From NCBI GenBank assembly GCA_040751795.1, contig JBFMHR010000001.1, positions 416,001-480,000 on the forward strand: a DNA stretch of 64,000 bases. Reading direction: 5' to 3'. Both the position numbers and the translations under genes were made by a program. Origin of the DNA: Thermoplasmatota archaeon. GTDB taxonomy: Archaea > Thermoplasmatota > Thermoplasmata > UBA10834. How positions within the stretch are numbered: the first letter of the stretch is position 1; each line of letters begins with the position of its first letter. A model generated the notes under the pieces. That model did no database searches and was not told the origin of the DNA. It saw nothing but the letters and a program-made list of their open reading frames with translations. Positions 37,553-47,601 of this stretch are shown one piece after another.

Positions 37553-39019
37553 ATGACGACGTTCTCGGATAGGTTCAGGGTGAGGAAGCCGGTAGGGATC
37601 TTGAGCAGGGAGGACAAGACCGCAATACACGAGGCAGCGCTCGAAGTGATGGAGACCGTCGGCATACGTATCCACAGCAAGTCCGCCAGGGACGCGCTCA
37701 GGAACGCCGGCGCGCTCGTCGACGAGGCCACGGCCGTGGTCAAGTTCCCGAAACACGTCACCAACTCATTGATGGCATCGGTGCCGGAGAACATCGTCCT
37801 CGCGGGGAGGGAGAAGGAGTACGACCTGCCCATGGACGGCAGGCACTGCTTCTACACCACCGACGGGTGCGGCATATCCGTGTGGGAGAACGAGACCCAG
37901 AGCAGGAGGCTCGCGGTCCTCCAGGACATAAGGGACAGCGCCAGGATGGCCGACTACCTCCAGTACTGCAGCATCTACGAGCCGACGGTCGTGCCCTCCG
38001 ACGTGCCCGAGGACAGGCACGTCATAGTCGCGATGAAGGAGGCGTTCGACATCTCCAGGAAGCACATCCTCAGCGAGTCGACGTCCAACCCGGACGAGGC
38101 GCTCACGCAGGTCAGGATGGCGTCCGAGATCGTCGGCGGCATCGACGAGCTCAGGAAGAGGCACATAATGTCCGCGATGGTGTGCACCATGTCCCCGCTC
38201 ACGCTCGACGGGAACGCCACCGAGGCGGGGATGGTCTGGGCCGACGCGCACGTGCCCGTGTGCATCACGGGCATGGCGATGGCCGGCGTGAGCTCCCCCG
38301 CGACCCTCGCGGGCAACATAGTCGTGAACCACGCGGAGACGATGTCCCTCGCGTGCGCCATCCAGGCCCGCTCGAAGGGGGCGCCGGCCATGTACGGCTC
38401 CGTCCTGTCCAACGTCGACCCGAGGACGGGGGCCATAATGCTGGCGTCACCCGAGGGCATCCTGCTCTGCATCATGGCCCACGAGATGGCGAAGCATGTG
38501 AAGATGCCGTCAGCCTGCGGCGGGCTCGGCTCGAACTCGAAGGTCCCGGGCATGGAGAGCTGCATAGAGAACAGCCTCGTGGCGCTGGGCAGCACGCTCT
38601 TCGCCCAGGAGGTCAACAACGGCCTCGGCCTGCTGGACTGCTCGACCGTCCTCTCGTACGAGCAGATGGTCATCGACAACGACATCGTGGGCAGGGCGCT
38701 CGTGTTCGGCAGGGAGATACCCGTCACCAAGGAGACGCTTCACCTGGACCTGATCAAGGAGGTCGGGATACTCGGCATGGGCAAGAAGAAGGGCAACTTC
38801 CTCGGCGAGAGGGCCACCATGCAGGAGGTCCGGCAGTTCTTCAGGTCCGACGTGCTCTCGAGCGAGCCCTTCGACCAGTGGGTGGCCAAGGGCAGGAAGA
38901 GCGAGGTCGCGGCCGCGAAGGAGAGGGCGGACTGGATCCTGAAGAACCACCAGCCGGAGATGCTCGACCGGGACATATCCGCGAGGCTGGCGGGGATAGT
39001 CAAGGGAGCCAGCGGGTAG
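37553..39019 (+). CDS. MttB-superfamily methyltransferase, non-pyrrolysine
   Basis: IHEAALEVMETVG, SPLT, GVSSPATLAG, DPRTG, SYEQMVIDND; no internal amber codon. Confidence 0.92.
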   Translation: MTTFSDRFRVRKPVGILSREDKTAIHEAALEVMETVGIRIHSKSARDALRNAGALVDEATAVVKFPKHVTNSLMASVPENIVLAGREKEYDLPMDGRHCFYTTDGCGISVWENETQSRRLAVLQDIRDSARMADYLQYCSIYEPTVVPSDVPEDRHVIVAMKEAFDISRKHILSESTSNPDEALTQVRMASEIVGGIDELRKRHIMSAMVCTMSPLTLDGNATEAGMVWADAHVPVCITGMAMAGVSSPATLAGNIVVNHAETMSLACAIQARSKGAPAMYGSVLSNVDPRTGAIMLASPEGILLCIMAHEMAKHVKMPSACGGLGSNSKVPGMESCIENSLVALGSTLFAQEVNNGLGLLDCSTVLSYEQMVIDNDIVGRALVFGREIPVTKETLHLDLIKEVGILGMGKKKGNFLGERATMQEVRQFFRSDVLSSEPFDQWVAKGRKSEVAAAKERADWILKNHQPEMLDRDISARLAGIVKGASG

Positions 39020-39061
39020 GCGGGGACACCCTCGCAGTCCCTGACCACCGGAGGTAAGGAC

Positions 39062-40501
39062 ATGGCAGTCGCAAGGCTGAGGTTCCTCGACAAGGACGAG
39101 GAGGAGCTCATACACCGCAAGAGCATCGAGTGCCTCGAGACCATAGGCGTGAAGGTCAAGAGCCCGCGCGTCCTCAAGATGCTGGCCGACGCGGGGGCCA
39201 GCGTCGACGCCAAGAGCCAGGTCGCTCTGATTCCGGAGGCGATGGTCCGCGAGGCCCTGAGGACCGTTCCGAAGGAGATGACGCTGCACGGCCGGGAGAA
39301 GAGGCACGACATGCGCATCCCGGTCAGCTCGTGGCCGTACTGCGGGACGACCGGGCTCGGGACTTACACCATCGACATCGAGACCGGCCAGAGGCGCGAC
39401 TCCACGGTCAATGACATCGCCAACTGCGTGAAGGTCGCCGACGCGCTCGAAGGCGTCGATTACGTGCAGACCTCCCTGACCGCGACCGAGGTCTCGCCCC
39501 TAGCCCACGGGCTCCACGAGCTCTGGACCGCGTTCCAGAACACGACCAAGCACGTGCAGGGCGTCGAGATCTTCAACGCCGAGGACGCCCTGAAGCAGAT
39601 CGAGCTGGGGGCGCTCATAGCCGGGAGCGCGGAGATGCTGAAGAAGGAGCCGCGCTTCACCGTGATCCACTGCTCCATAGCGCCGCTCATGTTCGAGCAC
39701 GACGCCGTGGAGGCGATGGTCGAGTTCGCGAAGGCGGGGGTGCCCGTCACCACGATGTCCATGTCCCTCTCGGGGGGGACGGCCCCGGTGACGATGGCCG
39801 GCACGCTGGTGAACGCCAACTCCGAGAACCTCGCGAGCTACGTGATAGGACAGGCGGCGAGCAGGGGCGCGAGGACGATCTACTGCTCCTCCTCCACGCC
39901 GGTCAACATGATGACGGGGATGATATTCTACGAGAGCGTCAACCAGCCGCTCATAGCGGCCGGGCTCGCCCAGATGGCCAACAGGTACGGCGTCCCGTGC
40001 ATGGTGGGCGACTGGGGGGTGAACGACACCGAGGAGCCCGGGGTCCCCCACACTCTCAGCGAGACCATGGGGATCGCCCTGAGCACCATGACGGGGACGG
40101 ACATGCAGGGGGGGATAGGCACCCTGGACAACGCGAAGGGGGTCGCCCTCGAGCAGCAGGTCATCGACGCCTACATCTGGGAGAACGTGCGGAGGCAGAT
40201 GACGCCCTTCGAGATAAGCGACGCCACGGCCGCCCTGGACGTGATCAGGCAGGTCGGCCACGGCAACACGTTCCTGTCGAACGTGCACACCGCGAGGAAC
40301 TTCAGGAAGGAGGTCGTCCTGCGTGACCCCGCCAAGGGGAGGTTCGAGGCCACGACCTCCAAGGCCATGGTGGCGGAGGCGAGGGAGATCGCCAGGAGGC
40401 TGCTGAGGGAGCACGAGGTCCCGTCGCTGGACAGGGGCGTCCTCGAGGAGGGCGCCAGGGTCATCAGGGAGCGCGAGAAGGCGGTCGCCTCGACGCGGTG
40501 A
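39062..40501 (+). CDS. MttB-superfamily methyltransferase, non-pyrrolysine
   Basis: IHRKSIECLETIGV, IAPL, GGTAPVTMAG, VGHGNTFL; no internal amber codon. Confidence 0.92.
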   Translation: MAVARLRFLDKDEEELIHRKSIECLETIGVKVKSPRVLKMLADAGASVDAKSQVALIPEAMVREALRTVPKEMTLHGREKRHDMRIPVSSWPYCGTTGLGTYTIDIETGQRRDSTVNDIANCVKVADALEGVDYVQTSLTATEVSPLAHGLHELWTAFQNTTKHVQGVEIFNAEDALKQIELGALIAGSAEMLKKEPRFTVIHCSIAPLMFEHDAVEAMVEFAKAGVPVTTMSMSLSGGTAPVTMAGTLVNANSENLASYVIGQAASRGARTIYCSSSTPVNMMTGMIFYESVNQPLIAAGLAQMANRYGVPCMVGDWGVNDTEEPGVPHTLSETMGIALSTMTGTDMQGGIGTLDNAKGVALEQQVIDAYIWENVRRQMTPFEISDATAALDVIRQVGHGNTFLSNVHTARNFRKEVVLRDPAKGRFEATTSKAMVAEAREIARRLLREHEVPSLDRGVLEEGARVIREREKAVASTR

Positions 40502-40508
40502 GGGCGCG

Positions 40509-41528
40509 CTACTTCCTCGGCCGCGACTTCTTCCCCGGCAGGTACCCCTCCGGGACCTCCATCGCGAACCTGCAGACGTCGTCGCCCCAGAGTATGGACT
40601 TCAGGACCTCCGTCCTGACGGGCTTCCCGAAGGCGACCTCGTAGGGCATCTTCTCGTAGCCCGCGCTGCAGTAGCAGAGGTTGTGCGGGATGTCCTCGCC
40701 GGAGAGGATGGCCTCCCTCGCGAGGAGGCAGTGGCAGCCGTAGTACCTCTTCATCCTCGGGTCCTTCTCCTTGAGGTACTCTATCATCATGTAGGGGATC
40801 TTCGTCTGGTAGATCTTCTTCCCCCTGCGGACGCCTCCTGCGACCTCGGGGTTGGATTTCACGAAGTCGAGGGCGTCCCGGTCGATCATCTGGTTGTAGA
40901 ACGGGGTGCCGCTCCTCATGTGGCCCTCGAGGAGCTTGACCGTCCTCTCCCTGCGCCTCCTCATGTACTCGTCGACGTCCTTGGACGCGAGGAGCATCTC
41001 CCGCTCCTCGGTGTAGTACTTGGGGGAACCGGCGTGGACGCCCACGAGCAGCACCTCGCGCGTCCCCTCCTCTCCGAGGCCCGACTCGAGCCTGGAGATG
41101 AAATCGCAGGTCGCCTTCGGCATCTCCTTCGGGTCGGTCCCGATCGGCGGCGACCTGAACCCTCCCAGCACCTCGCCGTACCTCTTCTTGCCGTGCTTCT
41201 TCCTGACGACCTCGCAGAGGTCGTCCATGACCTTGGCGCCGTCCAGGGCGTTGAGGACGCCCATCTCCATGTCGGTGTTGCCCGTATATCTCGCGTAGCG
41301 CAGGAGGCCGAGGAACGAGTCGAAGTTCCCCTTGCCCTTGTCGGTGGCATCGACCATGAACGCCCTCGCGTCCCTGCCCTTGGCCTTCCCGAGCTTCCTG
41401 CCCTTCCTCTTGAGGTATGACTCGAAGTCCTCCACGACCTTGACGTTGGCCCCTATCGTCTTCGCGTCCATGTTCTTCGGGACGCGCTCTCCCGCCTTCA
41501 GGAACGCCTTGAAACCAGCCTCGTCCAC
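40509..41528 (-). CDS. Cys-rich V4R/DUF6144-like protein
   Basis: GCHC, LCYCSAG, EVLKSILWGDDVCRF. Confidence 0.8.
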   Translation of the reverse strand: MDEAGFKAFLKAGERVPKNMDAKTIGANVKVVEDFESYLKRKGRKLGKAKGRDARAFMVDATDKGKGNFDSFLGLLRYARYTGNTDMEMGVLNALDGAKVMDDLCEVVRKKHGKKRYGEVLGGFRSPPIGTDPKEMPKATCDFISRLESGLGEEGTREVLLVGVHAGSPKYYTEEREMLLASKDVDEYMRRRRERTVKLLEGHMRSGTPFYNQMIDRDALDFVKSNPEVAGGVRRGKKIYQTKIPYMMIEYLKEKDPRMKRYYGCHCLLAREAILSGEDIPHNLCYCSAGYEKMPYEVAFGKPVRTEVLKSILWGDDVCRFAMEVPEGYLPGKKSRPRK

Positions 41529-41645
41529 GGCATCACCTTCTCTCAAGGTGCATGGCCAATTGAGCCTATGTAAATGACTGAGGAACCGCCTTGAAGGCCC
41601 GCCAAGGCATTATATGCAGCCAGGAGGATTCGAGGCGAGGATGGG

Positions 41646-42347
41646 ATGAACATGGGCTGTCCTAACTGTGGAGCGCAGACCGTCGACGGAGCGGCATTCT
41701 GCAGCGTGTGCGGCGCTAGGGTGGGCGCCCCCGCGTCGGGGCCCCAGACGCCTATGCCGTCGGCGCCGGCCAACCCGATCTGGTACCAGAGCTTCTACCG
41801 CATCAGGAAGAAGGTCCTGGCCATCACGAACCAGTACTGGATCGAGGACGCGGGCGGCGGCGTGCTCGGCTACTCGAAGCAGAAGCTGATCAGGATCAAG
41901 GAGAGCATCAGGGTCTTCACGGACGACTCGATGTCGTCCGAGCTCTTCAGGATACAGCAGGAGCAGATAATGGACATGTGGGGGACCTTCGCCGTGGTCG
42001 ACTCGGCGACCGAGGCGGTCGTGGGGAAGATCCGCAGGGAGGCGCTCTCGTCGGGGTTCTACAAGGACGCGTACGTGCTCCTCGACCAGTACGGGAACGC
42101 CGTCGGCAGGGTGGCGGAGCGCGCCGGCAGGGGCCTCGCGAGGAAGTACGTCCCCCTGGGCAACCTCGTCCCCGAGCAGCTGGTGGTCGAGTTCGGCGGG
42201 CGGGAGGTCGCCGAGGTCAAGCAGCAGTTCAAGGTCATCGGGGACATCTGGGAGGTCGACTGCTCCCGCCTGCCCGCCCGGTTCGACAGGCGGACGCTCA
42301 TAGCGGCGATGCTGCTGATGGGAATGATCGAGCGGGACAGGAAGTGA
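41646..42347 (+). CDS. Zinc ribbon plus LURP-one/Tubby-C (scramblase-like) domain protein
   Basis: CPNC...CSVC, YRIRKKVLAI, KQKLIRIKE, DRRTLIA. Confidence 0.85.
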   Translation: MNMGCPNCGAQTVDGAAFCSVCGARVGAPASGPQTPMPSAPANPIWYQSFYRIRKKVLAITNQYWIEDAGGGVLGYSKQKLIRIKESIRVFTDDSMSSELFRIQQEQIMDMWGTFAVVDSATEAVVGKIRREALSSGFYKDAYVLLDQYGNAVGRVAERAGRGLARKYVPLGNLVPEQLVVEFGGREVAEVKQQFKVIGDIWEVDCSRLPARFDRRTLIAAMLLMGMIERDRK

Positions 42348-42433
42348 CGGGGGGCGCCGCAGGGGCCCCTATATGAACCCGGGCGGGGCGGGGGAGCCAG
42401 CCGGCCCCACCAGGGCCGGGTTCCGCTCGATTG

Positions 42434-42442
42434 TTATATATA
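42434..42442 (+). promoter_or_regulatory. TATA box
   Basis: TTATATATA upstream of the large surface-protein gene. Confidence 0.6.
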
Positions 42443-42564
42443 CATCCGTAATATCTTCACCGCGTTAAGGATTCCACAGGGATGGTCTTCGCTACGCGCC
42501 AGGTCCCGGCGGACGTCACGACAGGATGCCGTCGACGGCGCATTGCATACGAGGTGTCAGCACA

Positions 42565-45500
42565 GTGCCGGATGACGGGAACCCAGTTTGTCCATCTTGC
42601 GGGCGCGCCGTGCCCCCAGGGGGGGACAAATGCCAATTCTGCTCAGCGACCGAGAGCCCTCCACCGGCCGCGGCGCCCGCCGGCGAGGCCGCCGCCCGGC
42701 CTCTTCTGACCGCTGGCGTCGAGGTCCCCATGGCGGCGCTGCCTGCCGCGGTGATCGACGGAGGGGCTGCGCCCGAGGCGCCCCACGAGAAGGGCACGCC
42801 CCCGACGGCTGACACCGGGGCCGGAGGGCCCGCGCCCGAGGCGCAGACACCTCCCGGGACCCAGGCCTCGCAGCCCCCGACGCCCGGGCCATCCGAGGTG
42901 TCGCTCGCGGGCGAGGTGCTCACCGCGCCCCGTCCGGACAGGGGCCTCACCAACGGGAGGGGGGCGGTGAACGGCATGGGCCTCGTCAACGGGACGGGGA
43001 TAGTCAACGGCAGGGGGCTGGTCAACGGCCGCGGGAGGATAAACGGGAACGGCGCGGCCCGGGGCCCACCGCCCGGCAGACGCAGGAGGCCCATGGCCGG
43101 ATGGCAGTTCCTGGCGGTGCTTGTCGCGCTCGTGGTCGTCCTGCCCGCCCTGGTCTACTTCTCATACTCGCGCGGTAGTGACGCCTTCACCATTGACGGC
43201 AAGTTCGGGGACTGGGATGGTTCCAAGACCTACAGCGTGACAGCGGAGGGGGCCTCGCCCCTGACCGCGATAGACGGCTGGTCCGTGGGGGCTGACGGAA
43301 CGCACGTGTTCCTCTACGTGGAGGCCGCCGCGGACGTGATGGGGGCGGACACCGTCGAGGGGCTCTACCTGTTCATAGACTCCGACGGGGACGGGGCGAC
43401 GGGCTACGATGCTGGTGCCGTCGGCGCCGAATTCCTCATGGAGATGAGCGGCTGGAACGGGTCGGTGCAGTCCTCGACCATGCGCACGTTCGACCCCGAG
43501 GGCGCCGATAGGCTGGACTGGGGATCCTGGTACGGCGTCGGCGGCACGACCTCCGCGCTCAGCGGCAACAGGCTGGAGGCGGGGTGCGACATAGGCGTCG
43601 CCGTCGGCGCGGAGGCCAGGTTCCTCCTCGTCTCTCAGGACGAGACGGGAGGGCGCGCCGCGAGCACCGGCGTCCCGCTGGAGGGCGGGGTCCTGCTGGT
43701 GACCCAGCGGCTCGCCGACTCGGCGCCGCTCTCGGGGGTCCTGCCCGCCTCGCCGGAGACCCCCCTGCTCACCCTGGAGTTCACCTGCGAGGGCGCCGGA
43801 GGGACTGTGGAGATGGTGGAGGTCGCGACGGACCTCGCCCACCAGGACGGGGGCTCGTTCGTGCCGTTCTCCATCCAGCCCGGCGAGTCGGTCGTGAGGA
43901 CCGTCTCGTTCGACACCTCTTCGCTCTCCGCCGGACACCTCGCGTCGGCCCATGTGACCTGCGACGGCGTCCAGTCCAGCTTCGCCTGCGTGGTCGTCCA
44001 GGGCCACCCGGCCCGTGCCTACGTCGGCTCGGCGCCGGAGAGCGTGCACATAGACGGCGCCTTCGGCGACTGGTACGGCCGCACCGCCTCGGACATCGAC
44101 GACCTCCCCGTCGCCAACTCCGACATCGACGTCAGCGAGGTCGGAGTGCACAACACCACCAGCATGGCCTCCTTCTTCGTGAGGGTCGGGGGGGACATGT
44201 TCGGCGGGGCGAGCGTGCCCGTGATCGACGGGAAGCCCGTCCAGGGCGGGTCCGGGACGCCCCTGCCGGCCGAGAGGAAGACCGGGGAGGACATCACGCG
44301 CATATTCATAGACAGCGACATGTCGGCCCTGACCGGCATGAGCATCTCGGCCGGCCCGAAGGTCATCGGGGCGGACTACAGGATCGACGTCCGGGGGATC
44401 CACGGGGAGGTGGCGTCCTCGTCGCTCCACCGTTACTCCGGCACGTCGTGGGCCGCGGAGGCCTGCGAGGTCGCCGCCAGGGTCGACGGGCACCGGCTCG
44501 AGGTGGGCGTCGCGACGGCCGCCATCGGGGGGGAGGCGCCCCTCGACTTCATGATCCAGACCACCGACTGGAGGCAGGCCTTGGACCTGGTCGCCCTCGA
44601 CGCCGCGACGATGCTCGCCGTCACGGGCGGGATATCCATGGGCGCCGGGACGGAGACATGGGCCGTGGACACCTCGGCGACCGCCTCCTCGGCCACGGCC
44701 CTTTCCACCCAGAGGAAGCTGTTCCACGACGGCACCAACGTCTGGAGCGTCTTCTACGACGGCACGAACACGGTCTACAAGTACAGCACCGACGGCGGGC
44801 TGACGTGGACGGCGGCGGGGCAGCTGTTCAAGACCGCCGGGATACTCGACGTCTCCATCTGGTACGACCAGCCCTCCGAGACCGTCTACGCGATAGGCGA
44901 CACCTCCGCCACGTCCCGCGCCGTGTACCTGCAGAAGGGGACCGTGTCCCCGGGCACCAGCAGCATATCGTGGCAGGCGAGCGACTCCTTCGTCACCGTG
45001 ACAGGCTACAGCACCCCCTCGAAGAGCCCGTTCATATGCATGGACGCGACCGGGCGCCTGTGGTTCATGGCGGCCGCGAGGAGCGACTCGCCCCCGAGCT
45101 ACAACCTCGCGGTGTACAGGAGCGCGTTCGCCGGCACCATATCCGCGTGGACCTTCTCGGGGACGATGATCCCCTCGGACATAACCGCCATGGGCGCCAA
45201 GGGCTCCATCCTGCCCACGGGCACGGGGGGCGACGTCTGGGCCGTGTACAACTACGAGGACACGGTCGCCGCCAGGAAGTGCTCCGGCGGGTCGTGGGGC
45301 GCCCAGGACACGCTGTACTCCACGACCGGTTCGCTCAGCTTCATAGACACGGCCCCCGCGAGCGCCCTCGTCGACGGGGACGGGGTCCTCCACGTGGTGT
45401 ACGGGGACGGCACGATAAGCGCGGGCTCGAACCAGAGGCCGCACATCCAGTACGCGTACCGCGGCTCCGGAGGCTGGTCGTCGCCCATCAGGCTGGACGA

Positions 45501-45864
45501 CACCGACGACACCGTCGGGCAGAGGTACCCCACGATATCCCTCGACACCACCACGGGCGACGTCTACGCGCTCTGGGTCCAGAGGGATAACAACAACATC
45601 ATCTGCAAGAAGAACGTGAGCGGGACCTGGTCATTCGTCACCATCGGCGGCCAGACGAGCTACGCCAAGCAGTACCTGACCTCGGTCTACTCGGCCGCGG
45701 GGGAGGGACTCCTCTGCTGGCAGTGGACGCAGAACTCGAGCTCCCCGTACCACGTGCTGTACGACAGCATCCCGGAGTTCTCGGACGTGTTCGTCCCCGT
45801 CCTGCTCCTCCTGGTGGTGTTCATCGCCGTCAACAGGAGACGGGCCGGGCGCGACGCGGGCTGA
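42565..45864 (+). CDS. Large surface protein: Zn ribbon, G-x-x-NG repeats, TM, two IDGxFGDW (CBM9/DOMON-like) domains, BNR propeller, PEF-CTERM
   Basis: CPSC..CQFC; STDGGLTW; terminal IPEF + TM + RRR. Confidence 0.88.
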   Translation: MPDDGNPVCPSCGRAVPPGGDKCQFCSATESPPPAAAPAGEAAARPLLTAGVEVPMAALPAAVIDGGAAPEAPHEKGTPPTADTGAGGPAPEAQTPPGTQASQPPTPGPSEVSLAGEVLTAPRPDRGLTNGRGAVNGMGLVNGTGIVNGRGLVNGRGRINGNGAARGPPPGRRRRPMAGWQFLAVLVALVVVLPALVYFSYSRGSDAFTIDGKFGDWDGSKTYSVTAEGASPLTAIDGWSVGADGTHVFLYVEAAADVMGADTVEGLYLFIDSDGDGATGYDAGAVGAEFLMEMSGWNGSVQSSTMRTFDPEGADRLDWGSWYGVGGTTSALSGNRLEAGCDIGVAVGAEARFLLVSQDETGGRAASTGVPLEGGVLLVTQRLADSAPLSGVLPASPETPLLTLEFTCEGAGGTVEMVEVATDLAHQDGGSFVPFSIQPGESVVRTVSFDTSSLSAGHLASAHVTCDGVQSSFACVVVQGHPARAYVGSAPESVHIDGAFGDWYGRTASDIDDLPVANSDIDVSEVGVHNTTSMASFFVRVGGDMFGGASVPVIDGKPVQGGSGTPLPAERKTGEDITRIFIDSDMSALTGMSISAGPKVIGADYRIDVRGIHGEVASSSLHRYSGTSWAAEACEVAARVDGHRLEVGVATAAIGGEAPLDFMIQTTDWRQALDLVALDAATMLAVTGGISMGAGTETWAVDTSATASSATALSTQRKLFHDGTNVWSVFYDGTNTVYKYSTDGGLTWTAAGQLFKTAGILDVSIWYDQPSETVYAIGDTSATSRAVYLQKGTVSPGTSSISWQASDSFVTVTGYSTPSKSPFICMDATGRLWFMAAARSDSPPSYNLAVYRSAFAGTISAWTFSGTMIPSDITAMGAKGSILPTGTGGDVWAVYNYEDTVAARKCSGGSWGAQDTLYSTTGSLSFIDTAPASALVDGDGVLHVVYGDGTISAGSNQRPHIQYAYRGSGGWSSPIRLDDTDDTVGQRYPTISLDTTTGDVYALWVQRDNNNIICKKNVSGTWSFVTIGGQTSYAKQYLTSVYSAAGEGLLCWQWTQNSSSPYHVLYDSIPEFSDVFVPVLLLLVVFIAVNRRRAGRDAG
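42943..43053 (+). repeat. Six hexapeptide repeats G-x-[VTI]-N-G-x (18-bp period)
   Basis: GLTNGRGAVNGMGLVNGTGIVNGRGLVNGRGRINGNG. Confidence 0.9.
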
Positions 45865-45931
45865 GGGGCGGCACGGGACCGCCCCATGCAAAGTGCTTTG
45901 AGGGCGCGAGGCGTCATGGGGGGAGGCAACC

Positions 45932-46894
45932 ATGTCACCCCGGTTCGCCCTCGCGGCCATGGTGGCGACGGCGGTCGCCCTGGCGGCCCCCTGCCCCTCC
46001 TCCGCCTGGGGCAACGGGGGCTACTCCGCCGACTACGATGACCCGGACTACGGCACCCACGACTGGATAGCCGACCGGGCGCTCGCGCTCCAGGCGGAGG
46101 ACGTCGCCTTCCTCGCCTCCACGTACCACTCCGAGTACCTCCTCGGGACGGAGGCGCCGGACAACCCCGAGCTCATAGGCGACTCGGCCAACCATCACGT
46201 CTACTACTATTCGTCCGGGGCACTGCAGGACGACGCGGGCGCAGTCCGCGCGCAGGCCCTCTACGACCTGGCCCTGGCCAGCCTCGAGGGCGATGATCTC
46301 TCCGCGGCGGCGTACCAGATCGGGGTGATGACCCACTACATAGCCGACATGGGGGTGTTCGGCCACACGATGGGCGCCGACACCGACTGGGGGGCGGAGA
46401 CGCACCACTCCGACTACGAGGAGGCCGTCGGGGAGATGCTCGGGGAGGTGTCCCTCCCGTCCGGGACGGCGCTCGGCAACATGAGCGCGCGCGATGCGAC
46501 GCTCGACCTCGCGCGGAACACGACCTTCGGGGGCGGCGACGTGAAGGCGAACCTGTGGATGGACGCCAACTACGACTGGTCCGACCCCGTGTTCGAGGCG
46601 AGCGCGGTGGCCTCGCTCCACGGCGCCGTGTCGGCGGTGGCAGCCGCCCTGAACAACCTCCTCGTCGCCGCGGCCTACGAGCCGCCTCCCGAACCTGAGC
46701 CGGAACCCGAACCGGAGCCCGAGCCCGACGAGCATCAGCCGGAGCCGGACGAGCCCGTCCCCCCCGGCGAGGAAACCGGGACGGACGACGGGCCCGGCCT
46801 TCTCCTGCCGGCGGCGGTGTCCGCCGCCATCGTCGCCCTCGTCTCCGCGATCATATTGGCCCTCAGGCGCGGCCCGGGCAGGAAGGGCCGTTAG
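45932..46894 (+). CDS. Zinc-dependent phospholipase C / S1-P1-like, membrane anchored
   Basis: Mature N-terminal W, THDWIA, APD, HYIAD..GH, HSDYE, (PE)n linker, C-terminal TM. Confidence 0.85.
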   Translation: MSPRFALAAMVATAVALAAPCPSSAWGNGGYSADYDDPDYGTHDWIADRALALQAEDVAFLASTYHSEYLLGTEAPDNPELIGDSANHHVYYYSSGALQDDAGAVRAQALYDLALASLEGDDLSAAAYQIGVMTHYIADMGVFGHTMGADTDWGAETHHSDYEEAVGEMLGEVSLPSGTALGNMSARDATLDLARNTTFGGGDVKANLWMDANYDWSDPVFEASAVASLHGAVSAVAAALNNLLVAAAYEPPPEPEPEPEPEPEPDEHQPEPDEPVPPGEETGTDDGPGLLLPAAVSAAIVALVSAIILALRRGPGRKGR

Positions 46895-46947
46895 GCCTCC
46901 GCTTCGGCGAATAAGATATATGCCGGGGCCAAGGCTGTGCCTCACGT

Positions 46948-47601
46948 ATGTCGGATGACACCGCATCCAAAGGACCGTGCTGCGTGACCGACCTGTTCAG
47001 GAGGCTGGGGCCGCGGACGGGCGGCGCCCTCCTCCTCATCGCCGGCTCGGTCGCCCTCATGGGGATAATCACGGCGGAGACGCTCTACCCCGACTACAGC
47101 ACCGCCGACAACATGATCAGCGACCTCGGGGCCACTGAGCCGCCCAACAGCATCATCGAGCAGCCGTCGTCGTACATCTTCTCCGGCGCGATGGCCGTGA
47201 CGGGGCTGCTCGTGCTCGCCGCCACCTACTCGGTGCACCTATCGTTCAAGTCGAAGGCGTTCACCGTGCTCTTGGGGCTCTTCGGCCTCGGCGTCCTGGG
47301 CGTCGGGATATTCAACGGCAGCTGGGGGACCGTCCACGCCCTCTTCGCGATGACGACTTTCGTGGCCGGCGCGCTGGCCGCGATAGTGTCGTTCAGGGTC
47401 CTCCCCGGGCCCATGAGGTACGTCTCCGTCGTCCTGGGGCTGGTGTCGTTCGTCACGCTACTCCAGTACTTCGCCCTCGGGGACTCCAGCCCCATGCTCG
47501 AGATGGGCGAGGGCGGGGTCGAGAGGTGGATCGCCTACCCCGTGGTCACCTGGGTCATGGGGCTCGGCGGGTTCATGATGGGCGCCCGAGAGAAGGCGTG
47601 A
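46948..47601 (+). CDS. DUF998-like membrane protein
   Basis: ISDLGA, GVGIF, HALFA, GGVERWIAYP. Confidence 0.85.
   Translation: MSDDTASKGPCCVTDLFRRLGPRTGGALLLIAGSVALMGIITAETLYPDYSTADNMISDLGATEPPNSIIEQPSSYIFSGAMAVTGLLVLAATYSVHLSFKSKAFTVLLGLFGLGVLGVGIFNGSWGTVHALFAMTTFVAGALAAIVSFRVLPGPMRYVSVVLGLVSFVTLLQYFALGDSSPMLEMGEGGVERWIAYPVVTWVMGLGGFMMGAREKA

Noticed and set aside
37553-40501. Pyrrolysine-containing trimethylamine methyltransferase or methanogenesis
   Set aside because: No internal amber codon in either gene; no pyl, mcr or corrinoid genes in the window
42376-42423. tRNA-like element (GGTTC-containing hairpin)
   Set aside because: Only a GAACCCGG/CCGGGTTC stem, with no cloverleaf; likely a terminator-type hairpin
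46680-46760. Short tandem DNA repeat (ccggaacccgaa...)
   Set aside because: Encodes an ordinary (PE)n linker; not CRISPR or VNTR-like
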